A stretch of 64,000 bases of DNA, taken from positions 226,982,001-227,046,000 of the forward strand of contig OZ024742.1 in assembly GCA_964016885.1 (NCBI GenBank). The letters are read 5' to 3'. The position numbers and the translations under genes were made by a program. Numbering within the stretch: the first letter of the stretch is position 1; each line of letters starts with the position of its first letter. The stretch comes from Eledone cirrhosa. Its lineage: Eukaryota. The notes beneath the pieces were generated by a model that was given only the letters and a program-made list of their open reading frames with translations, made no database searches and was not told the DNA's origin. Below, one piece after another: positions 12,515-24,480 of this stretch.

Positions 12515-13836
12515 TTCAGCGGTCGCCCCCTCCTGTTTGCCCTTGGTATAGACCACATCGCCCGGAGTATCACGGCCCCTCTCAACGTTTGGTATTTGGA
12601 TGATGCTACGTTGGGCGGGGCCCATACAGACTATCTGCCATGACCTACAATCGGTGATTCCTGCCCTGGGTGGGAATCGGCCTCCAGGTCAACTCGGCAA
12701 AGTTGGAGGTGGTGATGTCAGCCACGATGCTGAGAGCTTTGCAGCCTCCGTCTCGGACGTGCAGTCCATTCTCACCAGGTAAAGGTGACCCCAAAGAGGA
12801 TGTCCTCATCCTTGGGTCACCCAATCCACCCCGGCCATCCGCTCCACCAATCAGGTCCAGGCTTCAACAACTCCAGACTCTCACGAGGCCGACTGGGCTT
12901 GATCAACGGCCACCCAGCTCTCTTTCTGTTGAGGAACTGCTTCGCCATGCCGAAGCTCCTCTATACCCTTCGCAGCGTTCCGTGCTACACCCACACATCT
13001 CTTCCTCGCTGACCTCAATACTTGTATCCGAGCAGCAGCCGAGGAGATATGCAACGTCAAGTTTGACGACATTGGATGGCAACAGGCCACTTTACCTGTC
13101 AGGTATGGCGGCTTTGGCCTCCGGTCCCCGATCTCGCTGACTTTGCCGGCGTATCTTTCATCAGTAACCATGTGCCGTGTCCTCGTCAGCAGGGTTCTTC
13201 AAAACAATAGAACCCTTCTGTGTTCAGAGAATGTGAGGCCGCCTGTGAGACGTGGGACCGGCTGGGACTTAGCCCAGTAGATGTCCCTCCATCTTTTCCC
13301 CCTGTTGACGTCAAGTCCCCCCAAAACACTTGGGATGCCATCCAGTGCAGCCTGGCCTCAGACAGGCTCATGCGCCAGCTCGACCAGCACCGCCTTGCCT
13401 GCTTTCGTGCGGCCTCCAAACCCCACAGTGGTGCCTGGCTCCATGCCCTGCCCTCCTTCACCACTGGCATGCAGCTAGACAACAATAGCCTGCACATCAG
13501 CGTTTCCTTGAGGCTTGGCCTCCAGATCTGCGAGCCACACCAATGTCGCTGCGGATCCACCGTGGACTCTTTCGGCCTCCACCCGCTTTCCTGTCGCCAC
13601 AGTTCCAGCCGCCTTCCATGCCATGCTGCCCTCAACGAGGTCTTAAAGGATGGCTTGGACGCTGCGGGCTTCCCTTCCCAGCTCGAGCTGGTGGGGCTGG
13701 ACTGAGGGGACAGCAAAAGGCCAGATGACATGACCATCTTCCCGTTCCGCGGTGGCAAACCCCTCGTCTGGGATGCTACTTGCACCGACACTTTCTGCGA
13801 CCGCAACCTGGTGCAGTCTGCCACTAACCCAGGTTC
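12515..13836 (+). pseudogene. CRE-clade non-LTR retrotransposon relic (RT C-terminal half, zinc knuckle, restriction-like endonuclease)
   Basis: GC-rich island translating to PLLFALGIDHI...VWYLDDATLGG, PHSGAWLHALP, LRLG...CRCG....FGLHPLSC, HAALNE and KRPD..TIFPF..GK.LVWDATC.DT. Frameshifted and truncated at both ends. Confidence 0.8.
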
Positions 13837-14011
13837 ATTCATATTTAGGTATCCAGATTAATGGTTATTAGGGTATTATATTAAACATTTCATATGCTTA
13901 TCAAAGGAGTGCTTAATTATTGGAATATATAAACTGTTACTACTACTGCTACTACTGCTGATGTGAATGTAAAGATTGACATTGACACACATACGTATAT
14001 ACATACACGTT

Positions 14012-14043
<32 letters not shown>

Positions 14044-14220
14044 GTGTTAAATGCTGCTGTTGTGTTGTCTCAGATGCATCTTTCCCTCAGCTTGTTCTAA
14101 GCTGAATATTATACAATACCAACTTTATGCACTGCCTAGGGGATGGCTGATGAGGAAGCTAGATGCTTCCACATATATCTATTTTGTTACTTTTTTGCAT
14201 GTGCATCTTTACTATATATA

Positions 14221-14276
<56 letters not shown>

Positions 14277-14704
14277 ATTATGTAATAAACAACATAAGGC
14301 AATTATTCCATTTACCAGTGGTTTCTTAAAAGCAAAATGTTTTGCTTTCAATCCTCAGAATGAAAAATCCTGGTTTGTTTATTGAATATGGATTCTAAAA
14401 ACAAAAATGCAATCTATATGAAAGTGAGGCTGGAAAAGGGAGAAGGAAAGGAAAAATAAAATAAAACTACACATGCAAACACACACAAAAAAACACAAAA
14501 GCATACTTACACACACATACATATATACACATATATATAAAAATATATATATAGGCTTCTACAGTTTCGATCTACCAAGTTTCACTTACAACATAGTAGT
14601 CAACCCAAGACTATTGTAGCAGACATTAACCCAAGATGCCTCCCACACAGTGGGACTGAACCTAGAACTACATGGTTGTGAAGCAAACGCTTTAACTATA
14701 CAAC

Positions 14705-15437
14705 CATCATCATCATCATCATCATCATCAACGTTTAACGTCCGTGTTCCACGCTTGCATGGGCTTGGACGGGGGTAGTCCCACTTGAGGCAAGAGTGAT
14801 TGTCTTGCTCGCATAGGACTGTCTGGCAGGTTTTCTACAGTTGGATGCCCTTCCTAACACCAACCACATTTACAGTGTGGGTCTGGGAGGTTTTTACCGT
14901 GTTGCCTACACGGCCACATTACAGCGTGGACTGTGTGTTTTTTGTCGTGACACCTACACGATCTCATTTGTTTCGGCCTGGATGTTGTGGCACCAACATA
15001 ACTTTACATAGAACGAGGTGGTGTGGATGGGGTGGGGGTGGTGGTGGTGGGACGGGGGGGTATTTTGTTAGAGATGCCTACTGGCTGTAGTAGGTTTTAC
15101 TATGTATTTAGGTAAGGCGGGTCTTCTCTGTTACTGAGTACCGCCAAAGGTCTCGGTCCAGTGACATTGTCTTGGAGAGGTGTAAGTGTGTGAGGTCGGA
15201 GTTTATCAGCTCGTCCCAGGTTTTTCTAGGTCTGCCTATTCCGTGGCTACCGTCTATCTTTATTGCCCTGCACTTTGTTATACAGCTATCGACTTTCATG
15301 CGCATCACGTGTCCATACCAACGTAGCCTTCTCTCGAGTAAACAACATCTGATCCCTCTTATTTCTAATTTTTTCCTTAGTTCGTTTATGCTTTGCCGTT
15401 CACGTATATTACTGTTACACATCCAGCGGAGCATGCA
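14705..15437 (-). mobile_element. RTE LINE family A, 5'-truncated
   Basis: ORF 15108-15440 (MLRWMC...EKTRLT*), 3' UTR and (CAT)n tail on the plus strand. Confidence 0.93.
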
Positions 15438-15559
15438 CATATCTGTGCATATTTTTTATTTATATATTTTCTTCATATTTCAATATTTTAATCCTTTTGT
15501 TACTAAACTGCTTGAAACCACCCCTAGTGCTCTATTACAAATTTGTTTATATTATGTAT

Positions 15560-15733
15560 TTATCGGTAGAGGGTTGGACGCCATGCTTTGGTGCATAGAG
15601 TTATGACCCTTGCCATTCCGAGTTCAAATCCCGCCGAGGTAAACTTTGCCTTTCATCCTTACGGGGTCGATAAAATAAAGTACCAGTAATGTACTGGTTA
15701 ATTGTGACCTAGTGCCAAAAGTAGAAACAATTA
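15560..15733 (+). mobile_element. SINE2 (Nin-like) copy
   Basis: Matches 11878-12072. Confidence 0.82.
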
Positions 15734-16773
15734 TGTATTTATGTTTATCAAAAACCCTTCAATCATAATTTTATGTAATAATGAGAAAGGTAATTTTATT
15801 ATTATACCCCTCCAAATTTGTGTTTCTTTTCAAAATGGTTTAAAAATTATAGACAATGTCTTTGATTAGAAATATAGTAATGAAAGGGTTAAAGAGTTTA
15901 AATTTATCTAAAAACCTTCCATTATAATTTAAAGTAAGAACTTTTATGTTCCAAACACCAGCTTAATAATGAGAAAGTTAATTTACATTACTAAATCCAT
16001 CCAAATTTTTGATTTTAAAAATGATTGGAAAATTATATGCAGTGTTTATCTTTAGAAATATGGTAAAGAAAGGGTTAACATTTTCTTCTTCTTCATTTTA
16101 TGAGTCTGAGGAAATTTATAATATTGATAAATTGAAAGTTATTTTTGAAAAATCTCATGGCTTATTAGACAAATATCATGTTTTTCGTTTTCATTGCATT
16201 CTTCAAGTCCTTTGAGGTTTTAAGATTTCATCTCTGTATATTTATAGCAGACATGTTGAAGAATTATTTCCAAAGTGGTTAAAAGAGATGTCCTAGTGTT
16301 TTTAATATTCATTGATTTAAAAAAAAATCTTATTATTTGCTCCTACATCCAACCCTTGCTAACAGGGAAAATGAACATTGAATAGTGATGATGGTGTTAA
16401 ACTATTTTTATTTATTTATACAAGGGAGTGAGCTTTTATGATAGACATAAAGTACTCTCTCTCTATCTCTCAAAAGGATGGCAGATTGTTAGTTAGGCAG
16501 GAAGCTGTGTTGTATCTGATCCAATCTTGCGCTAAGTTCAAATCCCACCTCCTGCCATTTTTACGCACGCACGCACGCACGCACACAGAGAGAGTTGTAA
16601 AAGAGGACAAAGTTCCATACAAAGAGACGGTTATAGGTAAAAATGAAAAAGCACAGGATTTAAAGATTCTTTTTTCTTTAATCCAACAGAACAAATATTT
16701 TTATAATTATTGCATTAAATGAATTTAAGTTGAACAAAAAGTGCTCAGCCCACACTGTAAAGTGGTCATGTAA

Positions 16774-19564
16774 ATCATCATCATCATTTTACATCTGCTT
16801 TTCCCTGCTTGCAAGGGTGGGACGGGTTCTATTCAGCACAGCATCTCTCCACTTGTCACGGTCCTTCGTCATCTCCACCGTGAGCTTCAGCGATCTGAGG
16901 TCTGCTCTCACCACCTCCGCTCATGTTTTTTGTGGTCTTCCTCTACTACGTCTTCCTTCAACTGGCATTTCTTGGCACTTCTTCACCCATCGATCATCCT
17001 CCATGCGCATCACATGTCCATACCATCGCAGTCTCCTCTCCCGCACACTACATTTATACGTCTCAGACAGTTTCTCTCTCAACACCTCCATGCTCGGTCG
17101 TTCACGCACATTGATATTGCACATCCAACAGAGCATGCTTGCCTCATTTCTCTCCAGCTGTCACATATCTTCTGCAGTTGCTGCCCATGTCTCACTACCA
17201 TGCAGCATCGCGCATCTTACGCAGGCATCATATAACCGGCCTTTCGTACGCAGGGAGAAACCCTTCTTTGTCAGTAGAGGAAGCAGCTCCCTAAACTTCT
17301 TCGAACCCATCCTTATTCTAGATACTATGGCTTCGGAACCCCCCCCCCCCCCTTCCCATGCTAATCTGATCACCTAGGTACCGGAAGCTATCAACCACTT
17401 CTATAGCACCCACCTGCATTTGAAAAATGTGTCTATCAATGCAAATTCTGTCAAATTTCCCTGTACATCTACTGCATATGTATTTCTCCCTACCTATTAG
17501 TTTGCCTGCTATCCCACTACATCTCAAGATGTAGTGTACCCAAGATCTGCATTGTGTACATTTTATAGAATTTATGCCAGTTCCTTTTCTGCATATCGAA
17601 CATGGCCATTTCCCTGACGGAATCAGAGTTTTGTCCTCTTTTCTATTTATCAACACTTTTGTCTTAGCTAGGTTCACTCTCAACCCTCTTGATTCCAACT
17701 GCTGTTTCCATAGCCAGAATCTATTCTTTAGCTCCTCTACTGATTCTGCTATAAGAACCAGATCATCAGCATAGAGAAGTTCCCATGGACAGCCAGTCTT
17801 AAACTCCTCTGTCATGGCTTGGAGGACTATAATGAACAAGAGCGGGCTGAGGACTGAACCCTGATGTACTCCTACTTGTATCTGGAATTCCTCACTAAAC
17901 TCCATTCCTACCCTCACTTTACTGACAGCACCTCTGTACAAAGCTTGCACTGTCCTCACAAGCCATTCCTCAACACCTAGTTTCCTTAGGGACCACCAGA
18001 TGACAGATCGGGGTACCCTATCAAAAGCTAAGTATAGTGGCTTATTCTTCTCTAAGAACCTCTCTTGTAATTGTCTCACTAAGAAGAGGGCATCTGTTGT
18101 ACTTTTCCCTGGCACAAAACCAAACTGCATCTCATCTAGTTTGTCCCTTTCTCTATTTAGTTGCGCTAATATCCTTTCTGCCACTTTCATAACCTGATCC
18201 ATCAGTTTTATGCCCCTATAATTGCTCCTCTCCAGAGCATCCCCTTTTCCTTTGTAGCAATTTATGAGAATACTGCTGCACTAGTCTTTGGGTATGACAC
18301 AGCCATAAATAGTCTGATTGATGATGCGTGCAACCAGTTTAGTGCCTACGTCCCCTGATGCCTTCAGCATCTCAGCAACTATCCCCGACGATCCAGCGGC
18401 CTTACCATTTTTCATTTCCTTAATCGCCACTTGGACTCTGTATTTGTCAATCTCAATAGAGGGTCCCTCTGTTGGATCTACTGAGGGTAATTTCTCTCTT
18501 TCCCATTCGTTCTCCACATTCATCAGTCTCTCATAATGCCATTTCCAGGCCTCCTTTTTCTGATCATTCGTGACACTAAGTACACCGGCATCATTCCGGA
18601 CACATTTATCTCCAACAACATCCTGATTTGCACTGACACACTACCTTGCAATGCAGAACACCGCACGTCTCTGATCTTCCCGTCGCAGAACATTGGCAAA
18701 CCTCCTACTCTCAGTCTCCCTGACTCTAGCTTCTCTCTTAGCGGCTGTATATCCTTCTCTACTCCTACCATTTTCCCAAGCATTCCATGCTAGTCTTTTG
18801 TCTCTAATGGCCTTATCTACCATGCTGTTCCACCACCAGGTCACTCTGTCTGGTTGGAGCTCTGCTGCAGCCACAAGTTTCTTCAGTAGCCTGCAGTAAG
18901 TTGTCACGTAAGAAATTCCAGTTATCATCTATGTCATATGACTCTAAATCGTCTTCTTTTTTGTCATACACATCTTGAAGGGCTTTCCTAAATTTGTATT
19001 TTAGTGAACGGTCTTTTAGTTTCCAGACTTTTCTTCTCCACACCTTCCTGTATGTCTCATTCTGTCTCTTGCTTACTGAGATATCACTTACACTATGGGG
19101 TACATTCTTCCCTGGGTATGCCTTGGTATTTGACACCATCTGCCTGTCCCGCTGCCTAACTAGTAAGAAGTCAATCTGGCTTATGTGCTCGCCTGATTTG
19201 TAGGTTATTAGGTGGTTGGCAGGTGTCTGGAAGTTAGTGTTGCAAATGGTTAGTGCACTTGCATCACAAAGTTCAAGAAGTCTCACTCCTTCTTCATTTC
19301 TTGAGCCATAACCGTGCCCACCATGTACCCCAGTGTAATCATCCTGGAGCTGTCCAACATGACCATTGAAATCCCCTGCTAGCATAACGGTGTCTCCATC
19401 CTCTATCATTGTGGCTGTTTGTAAAAGTTGCTCGTAAAAGCAGTCTTTCTCTTCCTTACCTAGGCCTGCTTGGGGAACATAGGCAGAGATGATTGTCAGT
19501 TGTCTCTTGCCTACAACTAATCTAAGCTTAATCATTCTATTACTAACTTGAACTACCTCTATTG
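16774..19564 (-). mobile_element. RTE LINE family B, long 5'-truncated frameshifted copy (APE-RT-PHD)
   Basis: ORF pieces 18813-19592 (APE), 18281-18523, 17318-18202 (RT YADD plus PHD), 17161-17373 and 16921-17136; (CAT)n tail; colinear with 56787-59646. Confidence 0.95.
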
Positions 19565-19760
19565 GTATCACAACAAAAATCGCCCAGTACACACTGTGAA
19601 TGAGGTTGGCATTAGGGATTGCATCCAGCCATAGAAACTAAGCCAAAATCAGTTCTGTATGAGCAAGACATGCTCATCTGACCTGGCTTGTCTCACAATG
19701 GATCAACTTGTCTAACCCATGCTAGCATGGAAAATGGACGTTAAACAGTGATGATGATGA
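19565..19760 (+). mobile_element. 3' half of an older SINE (core plus RTE-type stem-loop tail); a second partial copy follows at 19774-20147
   Basis: cacactgtgaatgaggttggcattagg..gcatccagcc core, then cccatgctagcatggaaaatggacgttaaa and (TGA)n. Confidence 0.75.
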
Positions 19761-19906
19761 CATATACATATATACTGTAATGTTGTTGGCATTAGGAAGG
19801 GTATCCAGCTTTAGAAACTAAGCCAATTCGTGGTCTCCAGACTTGACTAGTCTCATAAGTGACAATCCGTCTAACCTCTATGCAAGCATGGAAAATTAGA
19901 CATTAA

Positions 19907-20124
19907 CCCTTTAGCATTTACATTACTCTATATATGCTATTGTATTTTCACGGTAAAGGCTTTATCTTACATAATTATCTCACATATCGAATCTATGAGA
20001 TTTTGTTGTTATTTATTTTGAGAACAATACCTTGATATCGGTACAAGTGGCTGGTTACAGCCAGTTTGAATAGAAAGAGGTGAGAGAATTCTGGCCAGAT
20101 ATGGCTGGTTTAAATGCTAAAGGG
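19907..20124 (+). mobile_element. piggyBac-like MITE P1
   Basis: Perfect 14-bp TIRs, TTAA on both sides; inserted in the TTAA of a SINE tail. Confidence 0.9.
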
Positions 20125-20965
20125 TTAAATGTCAACGATGATGATGATATATACATATATTTGTGTGTGTAAATTTTATCAACTCTCATAAAATCATTGT
20201 ATTCATGACACCTGTTTCTTTGTGTATATATGTTTATACATATATTCTGCTTGGAATTATGACCAGCAGATAGTATCAGCAATAGAAAGACCAATGGAGA
20301 CATTTATTCCTTGGTCCAATCTGACAGTTAGCTCCTCATTTATATGTGGTATATCTGTAGACTGTACAAACAAGGCTGATATAAACTGGTTTGCCTTTAG
20401 AAAACCAGTTTATATTATTGTAGAATTGAAGTATTCTTGTTGATGACAAGTTTGAGGTTTTTTTCTCTGGTTTTGTGGTGTGTATGTAGTGTAGTGGTTT
20501 GTGGTATAGTCTTGTGGTGTATGCATTTAGGAAAGATTTATTTTAGTAAAATACCCTTTACTCTATATGTAGGATGTGTTTTAAAGCATATTTTGCACAC
20601 CTGAAAATATTCTGCAGGTGTAAATAAAATTCTATAGGTGAAAATATAATTAAACATGTTTGAATATAATTTCACTGCTTTTAACCCTTTTGCCTGAAAC
20701 TGCTCCTGGTTTTATGAAACAAAGCTGTTTGTGTTAAAGTGTATGTATTTCTTTAAAAACCTTCCATCATAATTTTATGTAAGCTCCTTTATGTTCCAAA
20801 TACCAGCTTAGTTATATTACTGAAAACCTCTTTTATTATTTTAAATATTGATGGAAAACCGTAGGCAAATATTGAAATGAAAGGGTTAAATATAATTAGC
20901 TGTTTTTAGTTTTATTCTCCATCCCACCCCACCCCCATTTCTGAAATATAATCCTCATCTTTTTA

Positions 20966-21231
20966 CACCACCTTTCAATGCTTGCATGGATTAGATGGGT
21001 TTTTTTCAGCACAGCCTGACTCCACTTACTGTTTTCCTTCGTCATCTCCTCCGTAAAGATAAGTTATAAAATCTGCTTTCACCACTTCTACTCAGGTTTT
21101 CTTTGGTTTTCCTCTACTTCACATTCCTTCCACTGGGATCTCTTTGCATTTCTTCATCCAACAATCAATATCCATACAAATCACAATCTTCTCTGTTGCA
21201 CTCTACATCTGATTACTCTTTTACTCAGTTT
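20966..21231 (-). pseudogene. Highly decayed RTE 3' end (further remnants ~21445-21570 and ~21750-21895)
   Basis: Residual tail atgcttgcatgg and similarity to the GRPRKTW region. Confidence 0.55.
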
Positions 21232-22087
21232 TAACCCTTAACATTAGAAACTATATTGGCAAGAAATTCTTGAAAAATACAAAACAGCACTATGACTGCA
21301 TCACATTAAATATCAAAGTTTTTAGTTTAGTTTACTGTAAATTTTCACAATCTATCAATTAGTAAAGTTACTACCAACATTTGAATTAACGAAAGCATTT
21401 TTGAATATTTTCTGCTCAATCATTAAAGGATGTTAAGAGTTAATAATCATGTTTGCTTTTCTGTACTTGCATGGATTGGACATATCTTCTCCAACACAGC
21501 TTGCCTCCATTCATTGTGTTCCTACATCATTTCCTCTGTGAACTTCTCCTTTTTGAGATCAGCTCAATATATACATGTAAATGTTAGTAATCCATACAGG
21601 CCAGCTATCCTTCTACAGAACTCAGCTAATCTATACAGACCAGGAATGAGGTGATTCTGGATAGATTGGGGGCTGGGTATACAGTAATAAGTGAGACTAG
21701 CTGCTAAGTACTAAGGTAGGTCTTCTCCAGTATCACATGACACCAATCCTCGTGAGTTGTTTTTTTTCATCTCTGTTGTGATGTTCAGCTTTTTAAGGTT
21801 GGTCTTTACTACTTTATCCTATATTTTCTTAGGTTTCCCTCTACCATGAGTCCCATCCACTGAGATTTCTCTACCTTTCTATATATAGCTGTCACAACAA
21901 TTCACAAACATATTTTTGTTATAATCCAGTGAAGGAACTAAATATTATTTATTCTCTCCCATAAAACAATGTCAGGCAGTGAATGGACAGAGTTGTTAGA
22001 ACATTGTATAGAATACTCCATGGTGTTCATTTCTGCTCTCTGTTTACAAACTGAGTTCAAATCACACTAAAGTCAATTTTTCCTTAA

Positions 22088-22925
22088 CCCTTTAGCATTT
22101 AAAGTGGCCATATCCGGCTAGAATTCTCTCACACCTTTCTGTTTGAACCAGCCATAACCGGCTGCTCATACTTATGTTAAGGCATTGTTCTCAAAATAAA
22201 TAATATCAACATCTCAAAGATTCGATATGTGAGGTAAAGTGTATACCATGAAAATACCATTGTATCATCATCATCATCATCATCATCATCATCGTTTAAC
22301 ATCTATCTTCCCCGCTAGCATGGGTTTAGATGGGAATTGTCCCACTTAAGGCAAGATTGGTTGTCTTGCTCGTATAGGACTGTCTGGCAGGTTTTCTACG
22401 GCTGGATGCCCTTCCTAACACCAACCACGTTTACAGTGTGGACTGGGAGGTTTTTACCATGTTACCTACACGGCCATATTACAGCGTGGACTGTGTGTTT
22501 TTTTTGTCGTGACACCTACACGACCTCATTTATTTAGGACTGGATGTTGTGGTACCAACATAACTTTACAGAGAAAGGGGTAGTGTTGATGGGGGTGGGG
22601 GTGTATATTTGATTAAGAGGTGCCTACTGACTGTAGGTTTCGCTTTGTACTTAGGCAAGGCGGGTTTTCTGTATTACTGCGTAGCCCCAAAGATCTCGGT
22701 CCAGTGACATTGTCTTAGAGAGGTGTAAGTGTGTAAGGTCGGAATTTATCAAGTCGTCCCAGGTTTTTCTGGGTCTGCCTACCCCGTAACTTCCATCAAT
22801 TTTGATTGCCCTGCACTTTTTTATACAGCTGTCGTCTTTCATGCACATCACGTGACCATACCAATGCAGTCTTCTCTCGTGTAAACAGCATCTGATCCCT
22901 CTTATATAATGTAAATGCTAAAGGG
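22088..22925 (-). mobile_element. MITE P1 interrupted by an RTE family A insertion
   Basis: One TIR at 22088 after TTAA, the other ending at 22925 before TTAA; the halves are separated by the LINE at 22264-22904. Confidence 0.85.
22264..22904 (-). mobile_element. RTE LINE family A, diverged subfamily, 5'-truncated
   Basis: GRPRKTWDDLINSDL...QKTRLA*, homologous 3' UTR and (CAT)n tail. Confidence 0.9.
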
Positions 22926-23476
22926 TTAAAGTACCAGTCAGGTACTGGGTCCTGACTAGTACTTTAAGTACTTCTTCTGTATCTTTTTTCTCACTTTCTC
23001 TCTCTCTCAGATGGAAAGGGATGGGCTTCACCAGATTTAAATGCCCAAGACATATTGTATGTCATGGTAAGTGCCCCTACAATTCCATCAGAAGCTATAG
23101 GTCAATGATGATGATGAAAACAATATATTATGTACTTATCCCAGATAATAAACTTGGTTCCCTATAGTGTGGCTCCAACCATAAATAATAAAAATAAGAA
23201 AACAATGTTTTATATATTTGATGTTGCCTTTTGTAGGGAAGACTAAATTTAAGAGATGTCAGCTATTATTAAATCTTTTATTTCTGGGAGTAAAAGAAAA
23301 CTGGAAAATAAGAACCACTGTTTTGGGGGGTTTTTTTTTTTTTTTGTAATAATCTAGATTAATCATAACATTGCAATATTTCTTATAAAAGACAATGCCA
23401 ATGTGCTTCAATTAATTTGGGAAATAATCAAGAATTTAGAGAGATTTAAAAGTATAACTAACTTTTTCATTATTAA

Positions 23477-23640
23477 CCCTTTAGCACTTACATTACTCTA
23501 TATTTACTATTATATTTTCATGGTAAACACTTTATCTCACATAATATTGAATCTATGAGATTTTGATATTATTCATTTTGAAAACAATACCTTAACATCA
23601 GTATGAGCAACTGGTTACAGCTGGTTTAAATGTTAAAGGG
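23477..23640 (+). mobile_element. MITE P1 (deleted form)
   Basis: TTAA-flanked, near-perfect TIRs. Confidence 0.82.
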
Positions 23641-23855
23641 TTAAAAAGTACTTAGTATTTGTTCCATTTCGCTGTAAATCCCACCGAAGTCAACTTAGCC
23701 TTTCATCTTTTGAGGTTAATAAATAAAGTACTAATTTAACACTGAGGTAAATTCTTTCTCTCTTTATCACTTTCTGTCTCTTTGTTCATGTCTCTCTCTA
23801 TATATAGCATCTGTTGTGTTCAGATCAAGAAAGAGATGGTCTTTGTCAGGTTTAA

Positions 23856-24055
23856 CCCATTATCATTTACATTACTATTATATTTTCATGGTAAACACTT
23901 TATCTCACATAATTTTCTCACATAATATGGAATCTACGAGATTTTGATGATGTTATTATCTATTTTGAGAACAATACCTTAATGTCAGTATAAGTGGCCA
24001 GTTATCGCTGGTTTGAACAGAAAGAGGTGAGAGAATTGTGGCCGGTTTAAATGGG
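23856..24055 (+). mobile_element. MITE P1
   Basis: TTAA-ccc ... ggg-TTAA; interior matches 4050-4268. Confidence 0.8.
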
Positions 24056-24480
24056 TTAAAACTGCCACTGATATGCTGTGGTTCATGCTAGCACACCTAT
24101 GACCTTATCAACAGTTAAAGGCTCGTTCCTTTACTTCTATATTTGTAAGGAAGGACTAATATGAATAAAAGTCTATTTCTGGTAGTAAAAGTAAACTGAA
24201 TAATAAGTTTATTTGTGTGAACGAAATCTAGGTTAATAGTGAAAAAACTGATTTGTGACGGCAGAACATACTACAAACATGTATTATCTTGTATGTATTG
24301 TCCAGTGGGAAGAGATAAATAAATAAAAGTATTTCAATTATTTGTCCAGTCAGTTCTTATCATTTTCAGGTATTTACCAGTTTCTCTCATTTAACATATT
24401 GAATCCCACCCCCTCATAAGTCACTTGAAATCGAGTATGACTTGGTGTAAGATTTCTTTTCTTTTTTTTTTCAAATTAAT

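Noticed and set aside
20222-20443. Possible host exon in unique-looking sequence (also ~53055-53240 after a tttcag acceptor)
   Set aside because: No recognisable protein motif and no convincing paired splice sites.
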